From a virus, in the IMG/VR virus record IMGVR_UViG_3300043446_003702, positions 32,001 through 96,000 of that record: a DNA stretch of 64,000 nt; one strand, 5' to 3'. This document shows positions 1-8,234 of the stretch, piece by piece (the first letter of the stretch is position 1; every line of letters starts with the position of its first letter). The notes under the pieces are model-generated. The model saw only the letters and a program-made list of their open reading frames with translations, searched no databases and was not told the origin of the DNA. The translations under genes and the position numbers were made by a program.

Positions 1-2
1 CC

Positions 3-314
3 AAACCCATAGACATCTTGACAGGCAAAGTCACAGACTTGAATGTCAAAGAAGTCAGTGCCATGTACAGCCTGGTAATCTCCATGTGCTACGAACTCAA
101 AGACGCTGTGGAGAAAAAAGTTGGTGACAAAGAGTTCCATGAAATGAGCAACAACTTTTTGACATACATGATGAAGAACTTTGAAACTGAACTGGTGGTG
201 TTGGGTGCACGAATTGCCCTGACAACTTACATGTTGCCGATCCAGCCCACCAAGATCAAGTGCTTTGACGAGTTCCACAGTCGCTACGGCAAATACATCT
301 TGGCCGCTAACTGA
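3..314 (+). CDS. MoxR-like AAA+ ATPase, C-terminal part (gene starts upstream of the window)
   Basis: The frame is open from base 3 (KPIDILTGKV...). The helical tail resembles phage MoxR-type ATPases, and a VWA/HExxH partner gene lies 2.6 kb downstream. Walker motifs are outside the window. Confidence 0.55.
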   Translation, partial: KPIDILTGKVTDLNVKEVSAMYSLVISMCYELKDAVEKKVGDKEFHEMSNNFLTYMMKNFETELVVLGARIALTTYMLPIQPTKIKCFDEFHSRYGKYILAAN

Positions 315-322
315 TTGGGGGT

Positions 323-365
323 GGGTGGTGCAGTCTACATGGGCTGTGGCTGTACCACCCTTTTT
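323..365 (+). terminator. Rho-independent terminator
   Basis: Stem GGGTGGTGCAGTC(T)ACA / TGTGGCTGTACCACCC (16 pairs including G-U, 5-nt loop), followed by TTTTT, just after the ATPase stop. Confidence 0.75.
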
Positions 366-367
366 CT

Positions 368-1372
368 ATGATTCCTATCCTATTTTACCCAGGTACACAC
401 GGAAATTATATTGAGTTTACACTCAATAAAGCCATCCATGGTGACAAAATTCACAGGGTCAGCCCATTAGGTAGTCTTGGTACCAGTCATGCTCAGCGAG
501 ATGACGAAAATTATCTAATGCACCGTTCGTTTGGTGCTGTGACAATAGATCAGCAACCGGTCATAAACAAAGACCAACCGGTGATAAAGATAGATTTTGA
601 TTCAAGCGAAGACATTTTTGTAATACAACTAAATTTAAAAAGATCAGAAGATCTCAATATTGATGTTGATACGTTAGAACACATGACCTATCAAAAATTG
701 TTTGGAAAATATGGGCCTTACGGAAAAGAATATCACGGTCCAGACAAAATGATAGACGATATAAACAAGTTTACTGACCTATCACCTTATTTGAATATTA
801 AAGATGAATCTTGGCCTGCAATCAACTCAGTTGATGATTTTTATAATTTGCCAAAACACATCTTAGACGAATGCATAAATGTATTTGGTTTCGAGCCAGT
901 ACAAATAACCGAGTCTCGACCTGATGCTCCTAGATGGGTATTGCGAAGTTTATTTAAATCTTGGTTTTACAACCAATTGAGTCGTCCGTCAAGTGCTATG
1001 GTAGACCTTGATCAATACAATTATGTTTATAAACTGCCAATTAGAAAGTTGTATGGCGTTGACACTTTTAGGCAAGAAATTGTCAATATAGAAAAATTTT
1101 TCAATATTAAAATGAATCTAGACAACTTTTCGAGTCAAGTGCATCAACAATTTATAGACATGGTTCCATACAAGCAATCAAAATCAAATTGTGAAAGAAT
1201 TATAAATTCAATTGATTCTCTTGAACATTTTCAAATCAAATTGAATGTCTTGGAAGAAGCTTATGTGAATTATTGTCTTGAACAGCGGTATGGTGTACTA
1301 ATGCCAGAAGAAGCAAAACATTATTTTAAGGACACAAGTGAATTATTGGACTACGTAAAAAATGCACTATAA
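368..1372 (+). CDS. Hypothetical protein, AT-rich, possible P-loop/sulfotransferase-like fold
   Basis: 334-aa ORF. N-terminal beta strand plus Gly loop (ILFYPGTHGNY). Visibly more AT-rich than its neighbours. Confidence 0.6.
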   Translation: MIPILFYPGTHGNYIEFTLNKAIHGDKIHRVSPLGSLGTSHAQRDDENYLMHRSFGAVTIDQQPVINKDQPVIKIDFDSSEDIFVIQLNLKRSEDLNIDVDTLEHMTYQKLFGKYGPYGKEYHGPDKMIDDINKFTDLSPYLNIKDESWPAINSVDDFYNLPKHILDECINVFGFEPVQITESRPDAPRWVLRSLFKSWFYNQLSRPSSAMVDLDQYNYVYKLPIRKLYGVDTFRQEIVNIEKFFNIKMNLDNFSSQVHQQFIDMVPYKQSKSNCERIINSIDSLEHFQIKLNVLEEAYVNYCLEQRYGVLMPEEAKHYFKDTSELLDYVKNAL

Positions 1373-1694
1373 AATTGTTCGACTAGATAATCGTCACAAC
1401 TACAACAAGATCTACCGATATTCCATTGAGTTCTCCAAGAGCACATACAGCAGTGGTGTGCTGGATTTTGACCGGGCCCGACGTTGGTTCAACCGCACAT
1501 ATGGTTGGAGTCAAGATGTTAAAACACAGAATGACATCGCTGGCCAACTCAATATCCAAGAATACAAAAACCACCAACAGGAAGACTTGAACCTGGCCTG
1601 GGCCTACTGCACCGAATACCGAAACTATCGTATCTACGTGGCTTCAGACCGGGAGCTCATGATGTTTGAACTAGTTCATGCAGGCACCCAATGA
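1362..1694 (+). CDS. Small hypothetical phage protein
   Basis: 110-aa ORF overlapping both neighbours; ATGA coupling at 1691. Confidence 0.65.
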   Translation: MHYKIVRLDNRHNYNKIYRYSIEFSKSTYSSGVLDFDRARRWFNRTYGWSQDVKTQNDIAGQLNIQEYKNHQQEDLNLAWAYCTEYRNYRIYVASDRELMMFELVHAGTQ

Positions 1695-1930
1695 CACGCT
1701 GGCGACACGAATATCATATCCAGGTCGATGGCACAGATCGGGTGCGTTGGTGCAGGAAGCATTTGGGTGAACGTGGTCAACGTTGGGAGTTTTGGGGTAG
1801 TAAAAAGGCAATGGTGATATACATCATGAGCGATGAGGATGCTGTGTTGTACGACCGGCACTGGAGATTTTGGAATGTCTTACAGGGTAACAGTCAAGAA
1901 GAATCTCATTATTTTTCACAGTCCCGATGA
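1691..1930 (+). CDS. Small hypothetical phage protein
   Basis: ATGA-coupled start; WCRKHLG...W...DEDAVLY pattern shared with other small ORFs in this region. Confidence 0.55.
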   Translation: MTRWRHEYHIQVDGTDRVRWCRKHLGERGQRWEFWGSKKAMVIYIMSDEDAVLYDRHWRFWNVLQGNSQEESHYFSQSR

Positions 1931-2177
1931 GTGGGAGCAGGTGCTGGATCGCATTGCCCAAGACTTTGGCGAGCGATACAGAATGCGGCACATCATGAAA
2001 CGTGAACTGGGCTTTACTGCCAGAGACCACATGGGACTTGAACCCAATAGCCGACTGGGTCCAACCGAAATCATCACCACTCGAGAGTATGACCGAGGCT
2101 ACCACTACCAAGCACAGGTGCACCTGGACTTTTACAGTGAGCCTGCACAGTCATGGTTCATACTTAAATATTTATAG
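1875..2177 (+). CDS. Small hypothetical phage protein (start revised from 1833 to 1875)
   Basis: In-frame ATG at 1875 is preceded by GGAG at 1863-1866. Confidence 0.6.
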   Translation: MSYRVTVKKNLIIFHSPDEWEQVLDRIAQDFGERYRMRHIMKRELGFTARDHMGLEPNSRLGPTEIITTREYDRGYHYQAQVHLDFYSEPAQSWFILKYL

Positions 2178-2185
2178 GACGAAAA

Positions 2186-2878
2186 ATGAAAAATATTAAT
2201 GAATACAACAAAGAAGTTTTTTTACAAAGTTTTAGTAAAACAGATACCTATGCAAGACTTATCAAAGATTTTGATATTGTAACATTTGGCCGGGTCGCCG
2301 ATTTTTTACTAGATCGCCAAGTCACCCCAAGACAACACCTGGCCAGGTGTTCGTCTCTACCAAGTCAATTTTCGGCTGCACCGTTCTACTACATTAATTA
2401 TTTATTGGAAAAAAATCCAGAGCATATCTATGATTTAGGATGTGGGTGGAATATCTTTAAAAGATACATTCCTAATATCATAGGCATTGGTGCCGAGACT
2501 CCAAACAGTGCGTATTTTTTTGCAGATATACACGATTTTGTTGATGATGATTTTGTTGCAGGGCATCAAGAATATTTTGATTCCGTGTTTGCAATAAACA
2601 GTTTACATTTTCATCCATTGTCAAGTTTTTCAAAAATTGTTGGTGATTTTTTCTCTATGTTGAAGCCGCAAGGTCGGGGATTTTTGACTTTAAACTTGCA
2701 AAGAATGAAAGAGTGCGATCTTAAATTTATGACGTCTACACATGACACTGTAGAACAATTTTGCCGAGATGAGTTAGCAAAACTCACGCATATAAATTTT
2801 TTAGTGGTTGATATTTTCACTGACCCAATTGACGAACATCTGGATGGCAATGTAAGATTAGTCATAGAAAAAAAGTAA
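2186..2878 (+). CDS. Class I SAM-dependent methyltransferase
   Basis: Motif I IYDLGCG, then FDSVFAINSLHF and LKPQG. AT-rich. Confidence 0.75.
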   Translation: MKNINEYNKEVFLQSFSKTDTYARLIKDFDIVTFGRVADFLLDRQVTPRQHLARCSSLPSQFSAAPFYYINYLLEKNPEHIYDLGCGWNIFKRYIPNIIGIGAETPNSAYFFADIHDFVDDDFVAGHQEYFDSVFAINSLHFHPLSSFSKIVGDFFSMLKPQGRGFLTLNLQRMKECDLKFMTSTHDTVEQFCRDELAKLTHINFLVVDIFTDPIDEHLDGNVRLVIEKK

Positions 2879-2892
2879 TACTCAAGTATTAC
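2875..2892. promoter_or_regulatory. Perfect inverted repeat, putative operator
   Basis: GTAATACT-CA-AGTATTAC, ending 1 nt upstream of a -35 box. Confidence 0.6.
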
Positions 2893-2893
2893 A

Positions 2894-2922
2894 TTGACCA
2901 ATAATTCAAAAAGTCGTATAAT
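2894..2922 (+). promoter_or_regulatory. Sigma70-type promoter
   Basis: TTGACC-17 nt-TATAAT in the intergenic gap. Confidence 0.8.
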
Positions 2923-2945
2923 ACATGAAACAAACAAGGAATCGC

Positions 2946-4241
2946 ATGCAATATTTTAACCCTGACATCTTACATGCCACAGCCGGCACCACTGCCACAA
3001 AAGAGGACGCCAAGAAGTTTGCCAACTTGATCGGTGCCACAGATCCCAAACTGGATCGCGTGGTGCGTGAAAAATTGGTCACTGCTCGTGTGGGCCTGTT
3101 GCTTCGTGCTAGTTTCTTTGGCAACCTGGCCACCCGACTGCGACTGATCAATGCTGATGAGTGGTGTCCCACTGCGGCAACAGATGGACGTAATTTTTAC
3201 TACAACACTCGCTTCATTGAGATGTTGCGTCCCAAAGAAATTGAGTTCTTGTTTGGACACGAGGTCCTGCATTGTGTGTATGATCACTTTGGACGTCGCG
3301 GAGACCGTGATCCACAGTTGTGGAACATTGCCAATGACTTCTGTGTCAACGGTGACCTCGTCAAACACAATGTGGGTGAAAAGATCACTTCAGTGCCGTG
3401 TTTGTATGATCGCAAGTATGACGGCATGAGTTCAGAAGAAGTCTACGATGCCCTGTATGAAAAGGCTGACAAGATTGACATGGGCAAACTGCTAGATCAA
3501 ATGATCGACGAGCACTTGGACGGCGACGGCGACGGCGATGAAGACAGTGAAGGCTCGGGTCGCCCCCGACTCAGTGCCGAAGAACGTCAAGCCATCAAGG
3601 ACGAGATCAAAGAAGCCATGTTGGCGGCTGCCGCTACTGTGGACGGTGCTGGCAACTTGCCCGCAGGCGTCAAACGCCTGATCCAACAACTCACCGAACC
3701 CCAGATGAACTGGCGTGAACTGTTGCGCATGAACTTGGAGAGCACCATCAAAGCCGACTACACTTGGATGCGAGCCAGCCGCAAAGGTTGGCACATGGAT
3801 GCAGTGATGCCAGGTGCCAAGCCCGATGAAATGATTGACATTGCAGTGGCTCTGGATGCATCAGGGTCGATCTCAGAGACTATGTTGCGTGACTTCCTGA
3901 GTGAGATTCAAGGCATCATGGACTCGTTCCCTGCGTTCAAGATCCATGTTGTGACCTTTGACACTGACTGCTACAACCCTGCACAATACGACTCAGACAA
4001 TCTTGACAGCATGATTGACTATGATGTCAAAGGTGGTGGTGGCACAGACTTTGATTGTATCTTCAAGTATTTGAAAGACGAAGAAATTGTACCACGCCGA
4101 CTCATAGTGTTCACAGACGGCTACCCGTTTGGGTCATGGGGTGACGCTGAATACTGCGACACTACATGGATCTTGCATGGTACAACAACCATTGTTCCAC
4201 CCTGGGGCACACATGCCTACTATGACGAAAACAAGAAATGA
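2946..4241 (+). CDS. Putative metallopeptidase (HExxH) plus VWA-like domain protein (DUF2201-type), likely MoxR partner
   Basis: TAATDG and HEVLH motifs, acidic linker, MIDAS DASGS, GGGGTDF and VFTDG. AAGGA SD precedes the ATG at 2946. Confidence 0.85.
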   Translation: MQYFNPDILHATAGTTATKEDAKKFANLIGATDPKLDRVVREKLVTARVGLLLRASFFGNLATRLRLINADEWCPTAATDGRNFYYNTRFIEMLRPKEIEFLFGHEVLHCVYDHFGRRGDRDPQLWNIANDFCVNGDLVKHNVGEKITSVPCLYDRKYDGMSSEEVYDALYEKADKIDMGKLLDQMIDEHLDGDGDGDEDSEGSGRPRLSAEERQAIKDEIKEAMLAAAATVDGAGNLPAGVKRLIQQLTEPQMNWRELLRMNLESTIKADYTWMRASRKGWHMDAVMPGAKPDEMIDIAVALDASGSISETMLRDFLSEIQGIMDSFPAFKIHVVTFDTDCYNPAQYDSDNLDSMIDYDVKGGGGTDFDCIFKYLKDEEIVPRRLIVFTDGYPFGSWGDAEYCDTTWILHGTTTIVPPWGTHAYYDENKK

Positions 4242-4294
4242 AACCCAACACTGCCGAGTGGCGAGCATGGATGCTGGAGATCTACTATGAATGA
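4238..4294 (+). CDS. Possible 18-aa coupling peptide MKPNTAEWRAWMLEIYYE
   Basis: ATGA overlap with the VWA stop; it also overlaps the next start. Not in the ORF track. Confidence 0.3.
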   Translation: MKPNTAEWRAWMLEIYYE

Positions 4295-4493
4295 ACACAC
4301 TAAAAAACTATTTGATCAAGCATTGGATCAAGCAGTGCCTGAAACATGGACCCAGTTGAGCCATGAACAAATGATCAAACTCTCCACAGTGTTCGCCGAG
4401 TTGATTGTGCGGGAATGTGCCTTGGTCATTAATAAAAAGACTGGACCAAAGTCTGCATTAGATGTATTAGAACATTTTGGAGTTGAAGAATGA
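4287..4493 (+). CDS. MNE...FAELIV.EC...HFGVEE family small protein, copy 1
   Basis: Paralogous to 4490 and 5004; GGAG SD. Confidence 0.7.
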   Translation: MNEHTKKLFDQALDQAVPETWTQLSHEQMIKLSTVFAELIVRECALVINKKTGPKSALDVLEHFGVEE

Positions 4494-4771
4494 ACGAACG
4501 AATTAAAGAACTTGCTAAACAAACAGGATACATTTGGCATGCCAGCGGTGATCCGCAAATCTATGAATTTACTCCAGAGAAATTGAAAAAGTTCGCCGAG
4601 TTGATTGTTGCTGACTGTCTGAAACAAATCAAGGCGGGCTTGGTTGACGAAAGTGAACTGTTGTATGAACATGAAGAAACTACTGAATGTGTCAATGAAG
4701 CGTTGATGGATGCACACCACAACATCGCACTACATTTTGGATTTGCAGAACGGTTCGGAGTTGAAGAATGA
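4490..4771 (+). CDS. MNERIKELA...FAELIV...FGVEE family small protein, copy 2
   Basis: ATGA-coupled; shares the family motifs. Confidence 0.7.
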   Translation: MNERIKELAKQTGYIWHASGDPQIYEFTPEKLKKFAELIVADCLKQIKAGLVDESELLYEHEETTECVNEALMDAHHNIALHFGFAERFGVEE

Positions 4772-5007
4772 AAGAAACTGGTCGCTACTATCGCTCCTCA
4801 TTTGATCAAATGCGAGAGCGTGGTTGGACTGTTATTCCTTGGGAATCAGGGCAACCCGATCAGGCACAAGTTTTAGATTGGTTGCGTAAAAATGGCTCAG
4901 GTGAGTTTTACTATTCGGCAGAAGCAAACAAACTTAACTTTAGTATTGTAATCAAAGATGCCACCGATGCTATGACATTCAGACAACATTTCGGAGTTGA
5001 AGAATGA
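4768..5007 (+). CDS. Small hypothetical protein with an HFGVEE tail but an unrelated body
   Basis: ATGA-coupled at both ends through the repeated junction sequence. Confidence 0.65.
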   Translation: MKETGRYYRSSFDQMRERGWTVIPWESGQPDQAQVLDWLRKNGSGEFYYSAEANKLNFSIVIKDATDAMTFRQHFGVEE

Positions 5008-5237
5008 ACGAACGTATTGAGACACTGGCAAAGGCTGTTGGCTATGACATGATAAACAAGGCGGCGATGAGAGCCCTTGGATTTGATGTAGAAAAGTTCG
5101 CCGAGTTGATTGTAGGGGAATGTATGGCGTGTTCCTCCTGGGTTGGTCGGGCCAATACCACGGCCATAGAACCCATGCATACTGCTCACGCTATCAATCA
5201 GCGTATCACAGAACATTTTGAACTGACAAAAACTTGA
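5004..5237 (+). CDS. MNERIETLA...FAELIVGEC family small protein, copy 3
   Basis: Shares the family motifs; ends EHFELTKT where the next promoter begins. Confidence 0.7.
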   Translation: MNERIETLAKAVGYDMINKAAMRALGFDVEKFAELIVGECMACSSWVGRANTTAIEPMHTAHAINQRITEHFELTKT

Positions 5238-5262
5238 CAAGTCACTGTGATCTGCATATAAT
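5234..5262 (+). promoter_or_regulatory. Perfect consensus sigma70 promoter
   Basis: TTGACA-17 nt-TATAAT. Confidence 0.85.
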
Positions 5263-5267
5263 ACACA

Positions 5268-6464
5268 ATGCTGGCCTTGTCCAGTGACTACCAAGGAGAC
5301 TGTATGGCTGGACGTAATTTTTTATTTGTGCCTGGGCCCACCAATGTGCCAGATCGTGTGCAACGTGCAATGATGGTGTCAATGGAGGATCATAGATCCC
5401 CGGATTTCCCCCAACTCACTCATGACATCTTGCATGGGTTGCAAAGTGTGTTTCGAACCCAAACAGGAGTGCCCTTTATGTTCCCTTCATCGGGCACAGG
5501 CTGTTGGGAAGCCGCACTGACCAATACTCTCAGTCCGGGAGACCGAGTGCTCACAGCAACATTTGGACAGTTCAGTCACTTATGGTGTGACATGTGCCGG
5601 CGACTGGGACTGGATGTGATCAATGTGGACTGTGACTGGGGCATCGGAGTGCCATATCTTCAGTTTGAACAGGCCTTGGCCGCAGATCCCACCATTCGTG
5701 CTGTGTTGGTCACACACAATGAAACAGCCACTGGCGTGGCCAGTGATGTGGCCAGAGTAAGACAGATCTTGGATCGCTTGGGTCATTCAGCACTGTTGTT
5801 TGTGGACACTGTGAGCAGCCTGGCCTGTTTGGAGTTTGATTTTGATGGCTGGGGTGTGGACGTGGCTGTGAGTGGTTCACAAAAAGGTCTTATGACTCCG
5901 GCAGGCATTGGTTTACTGTGCATGAGTCCGCGGGCCCTGGCAGCCGGACAATCAGCCCTATTGCCAAGATGCTATTTTGACCTCAACGACATGTTGAACA
6001 GCAACCGCACCGGTTACTTTCCCTATACACCTCCCTTGACCTTGATGTACGGACTACGTGAAGGCATGAAGATGCTGGAAGAAGAAGGTCTTGACAATGT
6101 CATAGCAAGACACCACAGACTGGCCGAGGGTGTGCGTCGGGCTGTGACACAGGGCTGGCAACTTGAATTGTGTGCTCAGGCTCCTGAGTGGTATTCAGAC
6201 ACTGTGTCAGCAGTGATGTTGCCCGAGGGCATCAACGGTGCTGATGTGATCCGACGTGCTTACACACAATACAATCTTTCACTGGGTGCAGGTTTGAGCC
6301 GCATGGCCGGACGCCTGTTCCGCATTGGACACCTGGGTGACATGAACGAGATACATCTAATGGCAGCCATTGCCGGGGCCGAAATGGCCATGCAAGACTG
6401 CGGTGTCAACATCCGGTCTGGCAGTGGCATGGCAGCTGCCAGTGACTACTGGAGAGCAACATGA
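5268..6464 (+). CDS. sgaA: Class V PLP aminotransferase, serine-glyoxylate aminotransferase-like (alternative start 5304)
   Basis: GRNFLFVPGPTNVP, DHRSP, PSSGTG.WE, HNETATGV, VDTVSS, SGSQK (PLP lysine), YFPYTP and FRIGHLG. AAGGAG SD precedes the ATG at 5304. Confidence 0.85.
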   Translation: MLALSSDYQGDCMAGRNFLFVPGPTNVPDRVQRAMMVSMEDHRSPDFPQLTHDILHGLQSVFRTQTGVPFMFPSSGTGCWEAALTNTLSPGDRVLTATFGQFSHLWCDMCRRLGLDVINVDCDWGIGVPYLQFEQALAADPTIRAVLVTHNETATGVASDVARVRQILDRLGHSALLFVDTVSSLACLEFDFDGWGVDVAVSGSQKGLMTPAGIGLLCMSPRALAAGQSALLPRCYFDLNDMLNSNRTGYFPYTPPLTLMYGLREGMKMLEEEGLDNVIARHHRLAEGVRRAVTQGWQLELCAQAPEWYSDTVSAVMLPEGINGADVIRRAYTQYNLSLGAGLSRMAGRLFRIGHLGDMNEIHLMAAIAGAEMAMQDCGVNIRSGSGMAAASDYWRAT

Positions 6465-6745
6465 CAGTGGCTCAACGCAATGCTGACCTACTGTGTGAAA
6501 TCAAACACATACATGGGGTACCTTATCACACTGTGAGGCCCACAGCGGTCATGCGTATTGAATCCTGGACGGATCTGTTGTTCTATGCCGAGTCAGAGTT
6601 TGGCAAGGTCACGTCTTTTGAACGCAGTATTGTGGGCACTGTTGGGCGTCCTCCTGTGTTGGGCCAGCGTGTGTATGTTGACAACACAAGATTTTGGTTC
6701 AAACACAAAGCAGACTGTGATAGATTTATAGAATATTGGAGTTGA
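6461..6745 (+). CDS. Small hypothetical protein
   Basis: ATGA-coupled 94-aa ORF. Confidence 0.6.
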   Translation: MTVAQRNADLLCEIKHIHGVPYHTVRPTAVMRIESWTDLLFYAESEFGKVTSFERSIVGTVGRPPVLGQRVYVDNTRFWFKHKADCDRFIEYWS

Positions 6746-6746
6746 T

Positions 6747-6908
6747 ATGTGGACACTGATCATTGCACTGTGGCTTGACACAACCCCGCCAGAAATCAAA
6801 TACACCGAACTGGCCAGAGTCAAGACCTATCAAGAATGTCGTGAACTGGCCGCGGTGTTGAAACGTCGCGGCCTAGAAGCACCACTGTGGTGCGTGGAAC
6901 GTCAATGA
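6747..6908 (+). CDS. Small hypothetical protein, 53 aa (MWTLIIALWL...WCVERQ)
   Basis: Read by hand; GGAG SD; hydrophobic N-terminus and two Cys; fills the gap between genes. Confidence 0.55.
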   Translation: MWTLIIALWLDTTPPEIKYTELARVKTYQECRELAAVLKRRGLEAPLWCVERQ

Positions 6909-6976
6909 TATTTGCACTGGGCATGATAGTGGGCATTGTGATAGGCATTGCAGTGGTGCTGTTGTGGCGGAGATGA
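6905..6976 (+). CDS. 23-aa single-pass membrane peptide MIFALGMIVGIVIGIAVVLLWRR
   Basis: ATGA-coupled; hydrophobic helix with GxxxG repeats and a basic tail. Confidence 0.45.
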   Translation: MIFALGMIVGIVIGIAVVLLWRR

Positions 6977-6977
6977 C

Positions 6978-7226
6978 ATGGGCAGTCAAACAGAATACTT
7001 CAACCGCACAGGATACCGGCCCGAGTATTCAATAGGTGATCATGTGTTTGGTCACTGGAATGGTATTCCGTTCGCTGGCACAGTGGGCAATGACACACTG
7101 ATCAGTCCCTTGGAGGGTCCAAGAATTTCAGTGCATTTATGTTTGCCTATCCGGTATGAAGGTGTTGTAAAAACTGCTATAATTGTCCGACACAAAGACA
7201 TCCGACGCATGAAAGAAATCAAATGA
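6978..7226 (+). CDS. Small hypothetical protein, SH3-like beta barrel possible
   Basis: ATG at 6978 follows GGAG; YSIGDHVFG...PFAGTV pattern. Confidence 0.6.
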   Translation: MGSQTEYFNRTGYRPEYSIGDHVFGHWNGIPFAGTVGNDTLISPLEGPRISVHLCLPIRYEGVVKTAIIVRHKDIRRMKEIK

Positions 7227-7438
7227 AACCAGCACGAGGCATACGAGGTTGCATCATTGATAGTTTTGATGGCAACCATTATTTCCGTGTGTACAATGAC
7301 GATCACACATTTGTGGACTATGACTTGCGGCATTGTGATCTGCAGGTCATAGTAGACGATGATGATGCTGTGTTGTACGATGACGAACTGGGACAGCGAT
7401 TGGATCATTCACCTGAAACACTTGGCAAGGAGACTTAA
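7223..7438 (+). CDS. Small acidic hypothetical protein
   Basis: ATGA-coupled 71-aa ORF. Confidence 0.6.
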   Translation: MKPARGIRGCIIDSFDGNHYFRVYNDDHTFVDYDLRHCDLQVIVDDDDAVLYDDELGQRLDHSPETLGKET

Positions 7439-7660
7439 ATGGCCACAATATACACCGAAGTAGAAGTTGATGTAGATCTCAACGATTTTGACACTGACGA
7501 TTTGTTGGAAGAGTTGGAACGTCGTGGCAACTTGCCCATTGAAGGCAGTGAGGATGCCAAGGCCATTTTGGAACAGATCTACTACCTGCGTAGACAAGGC
7601 CAAGCCTACGAACACCTACTGGATGGGTTGATCTACGCCGCGCTGGGACGAGTAGCATGA
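7439..7660 (+). CDS. Small acidic hypothetical protein
   Basis: AAGGAG SD; VDVDLNDFDTDDLLEEL. Confidence 0.7.
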   Translation: MATIYTEVEVDVDLNDFDTDDLLEELERRGNLPIEGSEDAKAILEQIYYLRRQGQAYEHLLDGLIYAALGRVA

Positions 7661-7785
7661 TTCAATTTGAGTGGTTTGTTTACGGTGCCATGGCAGGCCT
7701 AGTGGCTCCTTATGCTTGGCCCTTGATACGTACCTGCATTGAAGAATTTCAGATTGCACGCCGCGATTGGAAAAAGCATGATTGA
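7657..7785 (+). CDS. 42-aa putative membrane protein (MIQFEWFVYGAMAGLVAPYAW...)
   Basis: ATGA-coupled, read by hand, fills the gap between genes. Confidence 0.5.
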   Translation: MIQFEWFVYGAMAGLVAPYAWPLIRTCIEEFQIARRDWKKHD

Positions 7786-7987
7786 CACTGTGCGGCAGGT
7801 CATAGACCGAATCAAAGGCTTGAAACAGTTTGTGGTGAGAGTGCCTGTTCCTGAAGAATTTCGCTTCACAGGTGCAGTGCCCTTTGACATGGAGATCACA
7901 GGCTCCGTGGCCATGGTCACTGTGTGGGCTCACACTGAAGCAGAAGCACAGCAACGTGCTGAGGAATTTTTCCAAAATACACCATAA
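7778..7987 (+). CDS. Small hypothetical protein
   Basis: In-frame ATG at 7778 overlaps the previous gene's end. Confidence 0.6.
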   Translation: MIDTVRQVIDRIKGLKQFVVRVPVPEEFRFTGAVPFDMEITGSVAMVTVWAHTEAEAQQRAEEFFQNTP

Positions 7988-8013
7988 AATATTCACTGGT
8001 GTTTTTTAGGCAG

Positions 8014-8019
8014 TAAATA
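8014..8019 (+). promoter_or_regulatory. Putative phage late promoter (TAAATA)
   Basis: Intergenic TAAATA 5 nt before the ATG at 8025; resembles the T4 late box TATAAATA. Confidence 0.5.
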
Positions 8020-8024
8020 TCTGC

Positions 8025-8234
8025 ATGGAAAACACATCACTTACCCTAGCCGATATGGCATCCCTAAAAAATCTAATCGAAGCTGCCACTGCACGTGGCG
8101 CTTTCCGTGCCAATGAAATGACCACTGTGGGCAGCATCTATGACAAACTGGATGCTTTCTTAACAGCCACTCAAGCACAGTTGGCACAACAGGCTGAAGC
8201 ACAACAACCAGCCCAACCCACACAAGGAGAATGA
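8025..8234 (+). CDS. Small hypothetical protein
   Basis: 69 aa, helical (RGAFRANEM...VG..YDKL). Confidence 0.7.
   Translation: MENTSLTLADMASLKNLIEAATARGAFRANEMTTVGSIYDKLDAFLTATQAQLAQQAEAQQPAQPTQGE

Larger units (their letters stand above)
4391..5113 (+). repeat. Dispersed direct repeats within the paralog array
   Basis: AACATTT(T/C)GGAGTTGAAGAATGAACGAACG at 4471-4500 and 4985-5014, with a partial copy at 4754-4772. Exact 18-mer GTTCGCCGAGTTGATTGT at 4391, 4591 and 5096. Confidence 0.85.

Noticed and set aside
4391-5113. Short repeats separated by unique sequence, as a possible CRISPR array
   Set aside because: The repeats are coding, in frame, of two kinds and hundreds of bp apart, and no cas genes are present.
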